A stretch of 63,871 nt of DNA, counting the filler, from Hyphochytrium catenoides (Eukaryota; Protista; Hyphochytriomycota), in the NCBI GenBank assembly GCA_900088475.1. It is 9 parts of 9 records of this genome, joined end to end, with 100 filler letters (N's around TTAATTAATTAA, not from the genome) between each part and the next. Parts side by side here need not be neighbours in the genome. Positions count along the whole stretch, not along the records: positions 1 to 24,310 come from FLMG01000414.1; positions 24,411 to 39,073 come from FLMG01001691.1; 7 more parts are not named here. The stretch is one strand, 5' to 3'. Made by a program: the position numbers and the translations under genes. Shown one piece after another: positions 13,846 through 25,515 of this stretch (position 1 is its first letter; every line of letters starts with the position of its first letter). Under the pieces are notes generated by a model that saw only the letters and a list, made by a program, of their open reading frames with translations, did no database searches and was not told the origin of the DNA.

Positions 13846-14242
13846 TCTCGCTCTTTGTCTCGTTCACAGGTCAATCTGCGGAAGAGGAAGCACTAGTTAG
13901 CCCCAAGAGACTCTGTCTTCCTCCTCATCTCTCCTTTCCTTCGCTTCACAATGACAGTAGCGTGTGGGCAAAGAAGAGAGAAAGCTCTTCAAACGGAGAG
14001 AAGGACGTAGGGGAGACATCTTTTGAGGATGGAAGAGTGGCACTACGTGTCATAGAGAGAACTACCTCTCTTCCTCCTCCTTCTCTCCCCCGCCGTGCCC
14101 AGTCTTTCTATCTCCCTTCCTCTCACAAGAGAGAAAGAGACTGCCATCATGAGTTAGAGAATGAACATCCGAACGGCTTCTGCATTGGCATCAAGCCTGA
14201 CTATTCCAAGTCTACACTGGTAGGTGCTGCCACTCCGGGGTG

Positions 14243-14282
<40 letters not shown>

Positions 14283-14859
14283 GTATAAGTTCGAAAGAGT
14301 GCCTATACCATGTGGAGCCGAGCCAGAGAGAGGAGTATGTGTTTGTGAGTGTGAGAGAGAAAACGAGAGAGAGAGAGAGAAAACGAGAGAGAGAGAGAAA
14401 GAAGTATTGGAGGCCCTTCTTCTCTCTCCGCAGTTCTGACAAGATCTCTCATAATGCGGTTTCGTGTTTGTCATTCTCGACTCTTAATCTCTTTTGGCAT
14501 CTTCTTTCGTGGCGCTCTCTCTTTCTCTCTCTCTCTCCCTCTTTCTCTCTCTGATGTATTGCTCATTCTCCTTGTGACAGACGCCAACTAAGGAAGAGAT
14601 GCGCAGAAGAAGAGGGAAACAAGCGCTACAGAGACAGAGACAAAAGCTCCGTGACACCCAGCAGCACACTGTACCGGGGAAAGCCGGAGAAGGGAGAGAG
14701 AGAGGAGAAGGGAGAGCACAGGCAAAAGGAGAAGAGGAGGCCGTACCCCGAAGATTGACGAGAGAAGACAGGGTCAGGAAAGGAGTCGATTATCTCCGTT
14801 ATGCCACAGCGCACGGGGTGGGAGGAGGGACAGCGGCAGGACAGAGAGAAGAAACATAA
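3608..14859 (+). CDS. Kinesin-4 family motor (KIF4/KIF21/KIF27-like), >20 exons
   Basis: Motor motifs [36 protein letters not shown]|MGTG, KVSYLE|[36 protein letters not shown]|[24 protein letters not shown]|[27 protein letters not shown]. The coiled coil has the KIF4-type VLKRKTEE. Switch I falls at the N gap near 6346. Last exon 14581-14859. Confidence 0.9.
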
Positions 14860-15398
14860 GTTAATGCTTCTATCCGAGTCTTTTCTTCTCCTTCTCCCAC
14901 CACTGGTCGTTGTATAATGTCAAGATAATCAAAAGTTTGGAGGACCCTCGCTTCTTCTTTCTCTTTTTGTCTCTCTCTCTCTCTCTTCTGCGACATACTC
15001 TCTTCCCTCGCTTCTTATGTGAGCTAAATCACGGATTGCCAACGTCAATAATAAGGGGGAAAAGAGAAACCCAAAACGCCGGGAGGAGTAATTATGTCAC
15101 TTTTTCTCTCTCTTTTCTCTCTCTCTTTCTCCTATTTCTTATCCATTCTTGCAGTCAAAAGTCCTCTCTTCGTCTAGGACTCTTCCCTACCGGTTCTGGA
15201 GGATGGTCTGATGCATATTCTACCGGCACTTCTTCACCTAAGCGAGCGCTGGATCCCGCGCCAGAAGAGAGGGAGAGAGTCAAATAGGGACTAAGCGACG
15301 TAAAAGAACACACAGAGTAGTATGTGAGCGAGAGGGAAAAGGGCAAGTAAGAATCCAGAAAGAGAGAGAGAATGCGATAGAGAGGAAAGATGTAACTC

Positions 15399-15612
15399 TC
15401 ACCAAATGAGCCTCAGATCGTCTCTCCCTTCGCTTATCTTCCCGTTCAGCTTCTCCAGCTCTCGCCTGTCAAAGTCTTCTTTCTCATAGAGCAGCTGTTT
15501 GTGCTTCTGATACGAGGAGCTGAAGAAGTTTGAGTAGCTTGCTCCCTGGAGAGAGAGGAATAACATTAGCGGAACTGAGAGATTGATGCTTTCACTCTCT
15601 CTCTCTCTCTCA

Positions 15613-15679
<67 letters not shown>

Positions 15680-15957
15680 GTCTCTTTTCTTCCTCTCACT
15701 CTGTTTACTCGACTTTCCCTTACCCTCTTCTTCAGCGCAAAGTAGGAGGCTGCTCCAATAGAGGTGGTCATGCCGATGAAGTAGGTCACGGGCTCCATAA
15801 TATCCCAGGAATAAACGTTCCAGACGAGGTACGCCAGCCCGCTGAACTGTGTGCTGATGCCTCCCAGGATCAGATACTTGGTCAGACTGACGCGCCGCCG
15901 CGCCCGCTGACGGATGGAAGCCTTGAATAGTGAAGGAGAGAGACAGGCACACAGAAT

Positions 15958-16027
<70 letters not shown>

Positions 16028-16813
16028 GGGTGAGGAAAATGATCATTTTGTACGCCATGGGAAGGGAAGGGGATAGGAAGCAGAGGGAATAGCCACAGCC
16101 GGCAAAGAAAGACGAAGAGAGGGCGAAGTAGAGAGACGGCAGAGACCAAGGAGAAACGAAGCGGGAACGGGGACATCGGTAGAGAGAGACGGGTAGGACA
16201 GATAGTGAGATATCGAGAAGAAAATAAGGGAGAGTGAGTGTTAGATGTTGGTGGAAGAGGTAAATCCCAACAGGGTGCGTCGGGAATCAGCAAAGAGACA
16301 AAAGAAAAATCCAGCCAGAGACAGAGAGAGAGAGAGAGCCCTTAACATACGTGAGAGAGATGAGAGTAGATGGAAAAGGACGAGGAGTAGATGGAAGATT
16401 AGGAACGGAATGTGGCTGGGGCGATGCAGAAGTATTCATAGAGAGGTAAATTGACATTGTAGTCTAGGTAAGGACGAGAGACTAAGGAGAAATAGAGCAA
16501 GCAGTAATGGATGAGCAAAGAGAGAGCGAACGAGAAAGAGAGACTCGAAAGAGAGAGAGAGAGAGAGAGAGAGCGAATGAGAAAGAGAGAGAGAAGGAGA
16601 AAGAGAGAGGGACAGAGAGAGAGAGAGACCAGAGGGAGAAGGTATCGCTATTTTGTCCCTTCGCATTAGCCCTTCCATCGCTTACCTTGTGCTGCACAAG
16701 TTGTTGCCGTCTCTGTCCCAGAACCTCAAGGTCTGAGATGGCCTAGACGGAAAGACAGTAGCTTCACAATTGGAGCAACGATAAAGAACAAAGCAGTACA
16801 AGGCAGACAGAGA

Positions 16814-16861
<48 letters not shown>

Positions 16862-19023
16862 GAAACAGAAACATAAAGAATAAAGGTGGGGAAATGACTT
16901 CCTGAAAGAGAGAATTGAGGATTACCTTCGTCCGGAGCCTCACCAGCTCGGCGTTGTTCAAATCCAATGCTCGCTCGACCGAGTCCATCAGTCCGCTCCC
17001 CTGTCCCGCAAGAAGTACATTAGGTAGGGCAGAAATGATAGGAAAGAGGCAGAGAAGGTAGCGGCGTCCTGATTGCAGACAGACCAGGAGGAAAGAGAAA
17101 GAGAGCCAGGGAAAGCTGAAGCCCATTGGAAGGGCAGGGAGTCGATGGGGCCAGCCAAGAGGAGGCAGAAAGGGCCACAAAGGAACGCTGCTTGGGAACA
17201 GATAAAGAAAGAGGCAGACGCGAGAGGAGAAGGGAAATCCACGAAGCGGCAGACGGAGATAGGGAGGGAGACAAAGAGAGAGACGGTGAGAGACATCGTA
17301 GAGAGAGAACTTCAGCCAAGCATCAAATCCAACCCCTACCATTGGCCTGAGAAGCAGTGTTTCCCTAAGCTGCTTGTGGTTAGACTGGTCAAAGTGGAGG
17401 ACGAGGCCCCTCTGCTGGAGAGTAGAGAGCCATCTTAGAGCCTTTTCCTCTCCCACACCTTCCGCCTGACACATCGTGAAGTACTGCTCGAGGGGAATCT
17501 AGAAATCAAGAGAGAGGCGACCGTGAGTATCTGGTCCTTTTATGGTGTGAAGTTAGAGCAAGACGACCTTCCTGATTTTCTCAGATTCTCTTTCTATCTT
17601 CCCTTTCACTCTTCTTCTGGTTGATCTGTCTCTCTCACTGACTTTCTATCGCGCTTTCTCCTCTCCTCAATCAGTATCTTCTCTCTCTCAATCTCTCTCT
17701 CTTCTCTCTCTCGTTGGTCCATATGGTAACCTTAATCCTTGGTCTTCTTCTCTTCCCGAGGACACCGAAGGTAGTTTCGCGTTCTCTCACTCTCCTCATA
17801 TCTCTTTGTTTATTGGCCCTAGAGAGAGCCACTCTCTCTATCTCAGGCTCTCCTCTTCTAGGCGCTACGGTTCTTTCTGGCGCTAGGTTTACCTTCTTCT
17901 GCGGCTCTGTCTGGAGCTTGTTCTTAAGTCTTCTAAAGCCCTCCTCATCCTGAATGTTATCTATGTACTCGGGGAGGCTCCCGTCTATTAAGTGAAGGGC
18001 AGGATGATTGCATTAGGGAAAAAGCAGATGGGTCGGGAAGAGAAAGAGAGAGTGATACAGACATCGAGACAGCCAGAAAAACGGAGACAGAGAGATATCG
18101 AGAGAAGAGAGTAAGGGTGAGTGAGAAAGAGGAGAGTACCAAGTGTCCCGACAGTCACTGTGTCCAAACGAAGGCTAAATCTCCCAGGCTGAAGATCATT
18201 TAGAAGTGTTGACTTTGCATAGAGTCGCCCTCGATTGTCTAAGAGTTCTACACGGACTACCGTGTTGTCTCGCGCCTTTATCTGCAGCAGAGAAGGATGA
18301 AGGATGAGCGTCCGATCAGAAGAGAGGTACCAGAGAGAGCGAGAGAGACACCCAAGCATGTGTTAGAGCTAACAGTTCTCTTATGAAGGATTGACGTTTG
18401 ACTGGGGACTACATAGCGAGAGGTAAGGAAAGATAAGGAAAAAAGGTGAGAGAAAGACGATAGAGAGGACAACAAACAAAGAGGTAGAGCGGAAACAAAG
18501 AACGAAAGAGAGAAGAGAGAGAAGACGATCGAGAGAAGCAACCACCAGCGGCTCAGGGGTCAGATGGAAAGGAGACACATAGCACATCACCAAGAGGAAA
18601 CGCTCAATAAGGTATATAGGGACTTAAGGTGATAGAAAGACAAAGAAGATAAGAGAAGGAGCGTATCCTTGCCTCACTGATGAGGTCCTTGATTGAGCTT
18701 TCAATGGGAAGGACTATATGTACGAGTCCCGCTTGGCTTGGAAGAGGGACGGGGAGGTCCACCTTTCCTCCATGGTACGTTGGCGTGACAAAAAGCGGGG
18801 CATCACCTACAAAGGTATGAGCCTGCATAGAGAAGCATCGTGCGATAACAGTAGAAGCCTATAATAACAACTAAAGGTCAGCAGGCGGCAGCTGGTATCC
18901 CTCAGGTTACTCCGTCAATACCGGATGGAGTCTCTTTCGGATGAAGGAATGAGGAGGTCGCCAAGCGCAGCCGACAGCATCCTTAGAGAGTAAGCGTAGC
19001 ATAAGAGCTGTTGTTCCTCCCAT
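15399..19023 (-). CDS. MCU: Mitochondrial calcium uniporter pore subunit
   Basis: Two TM helices flank the selectivity motif YSWDIMEPVTYF (exon about 15725-15922). N-terminus is presequence-like (MGGTTALMLRLLSK...). The 3' end is uncertain: stop at 15399 or spliced to an exon ending at 15155. Confidence 0.9.
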
Positions 19024-20633
19024 CTTGGTCAAGTTGCCTTTTAGATCATCTATCAACCTTATACCGAGACTTCCTCGATCAGGGACACAGCTATCTAGAC
19101 GGAGACTTTGGCAATAATCTCTATATTATTTCTGCAGATGATCTGAGCTAAATAAACTTCGAAGAGATCGGAAATGAGCAACTCTCCACTGTTTTCGGTT
19201 TTCGGAATTATGAAACATGCAAGATAAATCATGTGAAAAGTAATCAGATCTAAATTGACGTCGTAATCAAGAGAATGAATAGAGTCGATTATCACAGAGT
19301 ATATCTCGGTTTGATTCGTGGATATGAATGAGCTGATTCGGTTCGGTGTTGTTGTTAGCTCTCCTGACCAGCAAATGGACACTTGTCGTGCGAAGGTACG
19401 ACTCCACTTCCGTCATTACTTTCTATGGTGTTCGTTAGGGGGCAAAATGTTGGAGGGCGTTATGAGGGTGCTTTTCTCTTCCAGCATCCATCGGCAGTAG
19501 TAGTAGGAGTTCCCCAAGATAAGATATTACTACCCCTCAGAACGTTAGAAGATTCCCTGTATTAACCGTGTAATACTCCTATGATAGAGCAATAATACGC
19601 CTGATGTAGCACTACTTCGCAACGGAGAGCACAAGGTTGACAACTATTGGGGAAGATGAAGGGGATGACCTCTAAAGCTCCTTAACACACCCATCTCCCC
19701 TTTCAACTCTGCTATTGCAATGGTAACTGTCCCGCCATGGTATCCCACCCACCTACCTTTGTCATGTTTGGGTTACCTACCTAGGGCCACCCCCACTATT
19801 TTCTGTTGGATATAAACACCGCTAGCGGTTGGGAAGACTCCGGTCTCCTAGTGGTGGGGGAATCTCCGGTCATTAGGACCTCCTGTAAGGTCAGCAACTC
19901 CACGACCACATCCCACAGTAGGATGAGGCCGGGAACTGACGTGCGGCAAAAGACAGAGAGAGAAAGAGAGAGACAGAGATAGAACGAGAGAGAGCGCTTG
20001 AAGTAATCACGTGGACTGAACAAGAGACAGTGAACAAGCACGCGAGACAGAGGTGGAGGGTGAGAGAAAGAGAATACGAGAGATGTTTTGTTGGAGGACT
20101 AACTGTAGCTAACTATCTGCGAGACAGAGTGCCTAACCCACTAATAAAAGAAGGCTTTATTAACGCTACAGACCAGTCAGAGAGAAGAGATTGATAGAAA
20201 GAGAGAGAAAGAGAGAGAAAGAGAGAGAAAAGAGTGATGAAGAAAAGAGCCAGGCAATGAGAAAAGACTCGTCTTCCTTCATCTGCCATTCTCTCCTTTC
20301 CCCCGTCACCTAAGCTCGTGCATCATCCTTCATTGCAGACCACATCAACTTTCTTCCCTTCTTCCCAGGAACAGTCTTCAGAAGCCATCTTCAAGAGCTC
20401 TACGAACCTGAATTTTGAAGCTTTATAGACTGGACACTGAAAGGAGTGTGAGACGTTGAAGAGCAAATAGCAAGCTGAAGAGCAATAGTGAGCCACACAG
20501 ACAACTTTATTGAAGCTGGAGCGTCCGAGTTGGTGCGTCTTGCGGAGATCCTCCTCCTTCTCTAGGCGCTGTTCTCTCTCTCTCTCTCTCTCTCCGCCTT
20601 GCTTCTTTCCTCCTTTTCATGATCCAGACGATC

Positions 20634-21530
20634 ATGCCTAGCGGCGAGGGTTCAGCAGTCTCACGAGTAATCCGATCGGAGGCATCATCCATTAGAGATC
20701 CAATGAACTATAGTCAACCAGCAGGAGAGACGAACGTCGAGAGCAAGAGCTCTCCTTCTCTCTCTCTCTCTTCTCTCTCTCCTCGTCAAGGTCCCGAGGC
20801 CGCTGGCGTCACATCCATCGGCACTTACATAGACTCCACCTTTATCGCAGAGACCAACCTTCCGACGGAGAAAGGCATCTTTAGAGTTAGAGCGTATCGC
20901 GTGCGTGGGACACTGCGCGAGACAGAGACTCTCGCCTTTGTTTCGGGCAATGTCGAGGGCAAACAGAGCGTTCACGTTCGTGTGCACGACCAGTGCGCAA
21001 CTTCTGAAGTTTTTGGCTCACTGAAATGTGACTGTAAAGAGCAGTTAGACCATGCTCTAGCGCACATTCGCGCGCACGGAGGAGTGGTCATTTATATGCA
21101 GCAGGAAGGAAGAGGCATTGGCTTAGCGAACAAGATAGCGGCGTATGCGCTCCAAGAGAGAGGTTTGGACACCGTGGACGCCAACAGACATCTGGGCTTC
21201 GACGATGATTATCGCACTTATGAGTGCATCCCAGACATTCTGAGAGACATGAAGATTGAGTCCATCGTCCTGATGACCAACAATCCAAGAAAGATAGACA
21301 GTCTCACCGCACAAGGAGTCAAAGTAACAGGGAGAGAGCCTGTTATCGTCAAGCCAGGCCTGCACAATCTCTCTTACATGCTTAGCAAGGCCTCTAGAAT
21401 GTCCCACATGTTCCCGCTGACGATCAACCATCAGCTCGCCAGCTCCGCTGCGGGGAAGATGAGAAGAAGGAGGAGAGACAGTTATGATGAGTCCCAAATC
21501 CAGCCCTCCTTCTTGCTCTTTGGGCTATAA
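20634..21530 (+). CDS. ribA: Monofunctional GTP cyclohydrolase II (riboflavin synthesis); coding region has no intron
   Basis: VRVHDQCATSEVFGSLKCDCKEQL (three Zn-binding Cys), QEGRGIGLANKIAAYALQERGLDTVDAN and LMTNNPRK. No DHBP synthase domain. Start is 20619 or 20634; 20634 follows an acceptor-like ccag at 20627. Confidence 0.93.
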   Translation: MPSGEGSAVSRVIRSEASSIRDPMNYSQPAGETNVESKSSPSLSLSSLSPRQGPEAAGVTSIGTYIDSTFIAETNLPTEKGIFRVRAYRVRGTLRETETLAFVSGNVEGKQSVHVRVHDQCATSEVFGSLKCDCKEQLDHALAHIRAHGGVVIYMQQEGRGIGLANKIAAYALQERGLDTVDANRHLGFDDDYRTYECIPDILRDMKIESIVLMTNNPRKIDSLTAQGVKVTGREPVIVKPGLHNLSYMLSKASRMSHMFPLTINHQLASSAAGKMRRRRRDSYDESQIQPSFLLFGL

Positions 21531-22733
21531 GTGGACTTTTTTGCGTCTTGTCCATCAGCTCGTCTCCGTTCATTCTTTGATCTTTCGCTTGTCTCTCTTT
21601 CTTTCTCTCTCTTTCTTTCTCTCTTTCTTTCTCTCTCTTTCTTTCTCTCTCTTTCTCTCTCTCATCGTTATAGCTCCTCCTAGTAGGCCTTAGGTGCAAC
21701 TTGCACTGGGTTAGAACTCTGTTTGTTTGTCGTCAACTATTTAAACCGGTCATAAATATCTATTACTGAACCCACTTCCTGATCGGGCCTTGTTTCTGTT
21801 TTCTCTCTCTCTTTCTCTCTCTCTGGTTGTGTCAATTACCTATAATATCTTCTCTCTCGCCCCCTAGAACTCTTCTTGGTTTATATCTCTCTCTCTTTCT
21901 TTCGCATTCTCCCTCTTACGTCCCACAGGTTCCTCTCTCTGGACAGCTTTCCTGCTTTGTTTGCTCGACCCTCTCCTTATGTATCCTCTCCCTCTGAGCC
22001 CACATGATCCCTTTCTCTTCCTACCGCTAAGTCCTCGTCACGACCGCGACCGCCCAAGAAGAGAGAGCACGTGATAGGAAGTGAGACAGAGAGAGAAAGA
22101 GAGAGATAGCTTGAAAGAGAGAGCATGGACAAAATGCCCTGGCATTCGGACAGGAAGTGCAAGAACGGTATGAAACAGTGGACCTCATATCCTGATCAAG
22201 AAGCACAGAGACAGATGGAACAGCCGCGACAGAAAGAGAGATAGGTACATGTGACAGTGAGAGAAGGGCCATCTCTAGGCATAGAGACAGTCAAGAGGAA
22301 GACACACCTCACGTACAAAGTCTTTCTCTCTACGATTATCGCTCTGCTTTCACTAGCTTCTGCTTTTGCTCTCTCTCTCTCTCACTCTCTTTCTCTTGCT
22401 CTAAAAGCCTCTGTTCCTTTATTTATTTACTTTTGCTTTCTCTCTCTTTTCATTATTCTCTACCTTCACGTTTATCTTTTCATCACTCCTCTGCTTTCTC
22501 TCTCTCTTCTATCGTCGCCTCTCGTTCATCACTTTCTCTGCTCTTCTCTCTCACATCTCTCATCATCGGCTCTCTTTTCCTCCTCCTCTGCATCTCTGAC
22601 CCTAAGTATATCTTGTCTCTCCCCACCCCCGAGACTCCTTCAGAGTCAACGTTGGAGGAAGAGAATGAGACATAGAAACGGGGGCCAACGGTGGCCGAGA
22701 CAGAGCTTCATGCCTCAAAGAACGAGAGGGGCT

Positions 22734-22792
<59 letters not shown>

Positions 22793-23213
22793 CATCCCCA
22801 GAGAGATCGGGAGAGAGCGAAAAAGATATAAGATGAGCAGACCCAACAGAGAGGCCTTGAAGAGAAAGAGCGAAACCCAAGAAGATACAAAGAGAGAGAG
22901 AGAGAGAGAGGATGACGTCCATAGGGAGAGCCACGACAAAGCAATAGGAAAGCCGACGGACTCTCTCTCTCTCTCTCTGAGAAACAGACTCTCTCTCTCT
23001 CTGTACATAAAGATATCACGTATGTCTTTCTGATTCAATGCACTGCTTTAATCTGTTACGATAAGGATAGAACTCCTAAACCACTCCTACCTGAAAGATA
23101 AGAACACCTCTTTCTTTCTCTCCTATTCATCTCTCTCCTCATTTCTCTCTCTCTTCCTTTCTCTCCTCTCTGTTTCAAGAAGAAGAAGCCACCCTGTCCC
23201 ACTCTTCCTCCTT

Positions 23214-23493
23214 TTACTTAGGGCAGTCTCCATTCTTCTGGGAGAGAATGAGAGCTACGATCAGTCCGTACAGACCTAGGGCCTCTGCGAAGATAAGCAC
23301 CAGGATCATCACGACAAAGAGTTTCTCCTGCTGTCCCACAGCGCGCACGCCTGCGTCTCCCACGACTCCGATGGCCATTCCTGCTGCCAGAGCAGAGAGA
23401 CCGCAAGAGAGACCGGCCGCCAGGTGCGCGTAGCCAGTGTAGGACGAGTACTGAGAGACGATCACGCCTCCGTTTCCAGCTGCGGGCTCCTTG

Positions 23494-23529
<36 letters not shown>

Positions 23530-24202
23530 CGCACGTGGGTGGGTTAGTACACGTTTGCCTCACAAGGAGAGAGAGAGAGAGAGAGAGAGAGTGTGTGGAA
23601 GGCAGAGAAATGAAAGACATTGAATTTGAAAGGTGAACTTGGCGTGGACTAGAAAGGGAGAAACAGGGAGAGAAAGTCACGACCGAAAAGGCACAAAACG
23701 AGAAAGAGAGAGAGAGAGAGAGAAGGAAAAGAGAGAGGAAGAGAGAGAGAGGGAGAGACTTACTATTTCCCTGAATAATAACGGCAACGATAAGGCCGTA
23801 GATACCGAGCACACCAGCCATGACAACGGGAATAATGTTCCTCATCGCCATCTCAGGGCGCATGACGCCCATGGAAGAGATGCCCACGCCTGCCTTGGCC
23901 GTGCCATAAGCGGCGCCCAAGTCTATTGGGGGAGAGAGCGTGAAAGAGAGAGAGAAAGAGAGAGAGTTAGATCGTTGCAACATTCAAGACACTCTCTCTC
24001 CAGGCACAACTTTAAGTGGAAGAGGAGAGAGAGAGAGAGAGATAGAAGGGAGAGAGGGACTACTAGCCTACGCTGGTGAGACTCTACAGAGGACAAACAA
24101 TTGACGAGGAAGAGGCCACGATTGTGGGCAAGAGACAGAGGGGCTAGACATTCTCAGACAGAGAAAAGAGAGAGCAACGAAAAGAGAAGAAGGGCAATAC
24201 GA

Positions 24203-24239
<37 letters not shown>

Positions 24240-24310
24240 AAGAGCACTGCACACCAAACAGATGTTGAGACACCAAAGAGGGAGAGACTTACTTGCGAAG
24301 ACGAGAGCCG
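23214..24310 (-). CDS. ATP6V0C: V-type H+-ATPase 16 kDa proteolipid subunit c (5' end lost at contig edge)
   Basis: ALVFA|[50 protein letters not shown] ... [39 protein letters not shown], including the proton-binding Glu. Confidence 0.96.
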
Positions 24311-24410
24311 NNNNNNNNNNNNNNNNNNNNNNNNNNNNNNNNNNNNNNNNNNNNTTAATTAATTAANNNNNNNNNNNNNNNNNNNNNNNNNNNNNNNNNN
24401 NNNNNNNNNN
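24311..24410. other. Artificial contig-join spacer N44-TTAATTAATTAA-N44. Also at 39074-39173, 41356-41455, 43403-43502, 50666-50765, 54567-54666, 57879-57978 and 61932-62031.
   Basis: The same 100-nt six-frame-stop linker occurs eight times, and genes are truncated at several of them. Confidence 0.98.
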
Positions 24411-25149
24411 ATGTGATATCTCTTGAAGGTGCTGTTGCAGAAAGTGCAGAGATGATGTCAGATGAAGCCCCAACAACCAGGCGAGCCAGCCAAAGAACCA
24501 GTAACTGGGACAACAAGAAGAGACAAGAGACAGACACTCAAGACTCGATTAAGCCTGATGAAAGACCTCGCACGGTTCAGAGCAGAAACTTGATGGACGG
24601 AGAAAAGACCCGCACTACGCGCACTGAGCCTTACATTGCAGAAGGGATGCCCATTGCAGTGTTGCAGAAGATGCCCAGCAGACGGTTGCCAAGAATGCCC
24701 TTGAAGGCGAGGTTGTGAGACAGCTCGTGGACTGCCATCATCAGCATGTGGTTGAATGTACCGCCGAGAACATAGGTCACGCCGACCAGCACCGGCCAGG
24801 AAGCATCCCGCAACAGGTAGGCTACGAGGTACTGGAAGAGCACAACGCCAACCACAACGTACTTCGTCCGAGGATCGGGGCCAAAGAGCTCCTTGATTTC
24901 TGGATGCTTTTTCAAGATCTCAGCACGACGGCGAGCATGAGGCTCTTCAAGAGGTGACCATATAAAGTTTCCCTTGCGCTTGACGTCGTTCGGAGCCTCC
25001 TTGGTCGGAGATGAAGCCGCCTGCGCTGGCGGAGTAGCGGCAGTCACCTTGGCGCCATTAGAAACGCGCCTCTTAGTTGGGGTTTGCGGCATCTCCGCTG
25101 CCTGTCGTCCCGCTCTTCCCCTGCTAGATGACCGAGTCTGCACTGCCAT
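24411..25149 (-). CDS. DEGS1: Sphingolipid delta-4 desaturase (5' part)
   Basis: FIWSPLEEPHARRRAEILKKHPEIKELFGPDP (Lipid_DES N-domain) and His box HELSHNLAF. The next exon continues PSAI|TFKRYH at the contig edge. Confidence 0.93.
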
Positions 25150-25450
25150 TTTTTTCTATTAGGCCAGTGATGACCACAGAACGTAGAGATCTCTGTCCGG
25201 GAATGCAGAGCTTGAATAACGGCTTAGAGATCTCTGTCTGAGATCAGTCACGATGGAGTTTGAAGACTGTTCCCACACCTTTCAAAGAAGTATTGTGATG
25301 TGTGAAAGTGACGATCGACAGTGGAAACTAAGAGAGACAGAGAGAGACCTTCTAGGGACCTCGAGACAGGGGAATATAGCGTCAGGAAGAGATCTCAAAG
25401 AGCAGGAGAGGCAAGAGAGAGAAGAGAGGTGGCGTTGACAAGAGGGAGGG

Positions 25451-25515
<65 letters not shown>

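Noticed and set aside
24355-24366. Recurrent TTAATTAATTAA palindrome
   Set aside because: Always centred in N44 flanks; it is an assembly linker.
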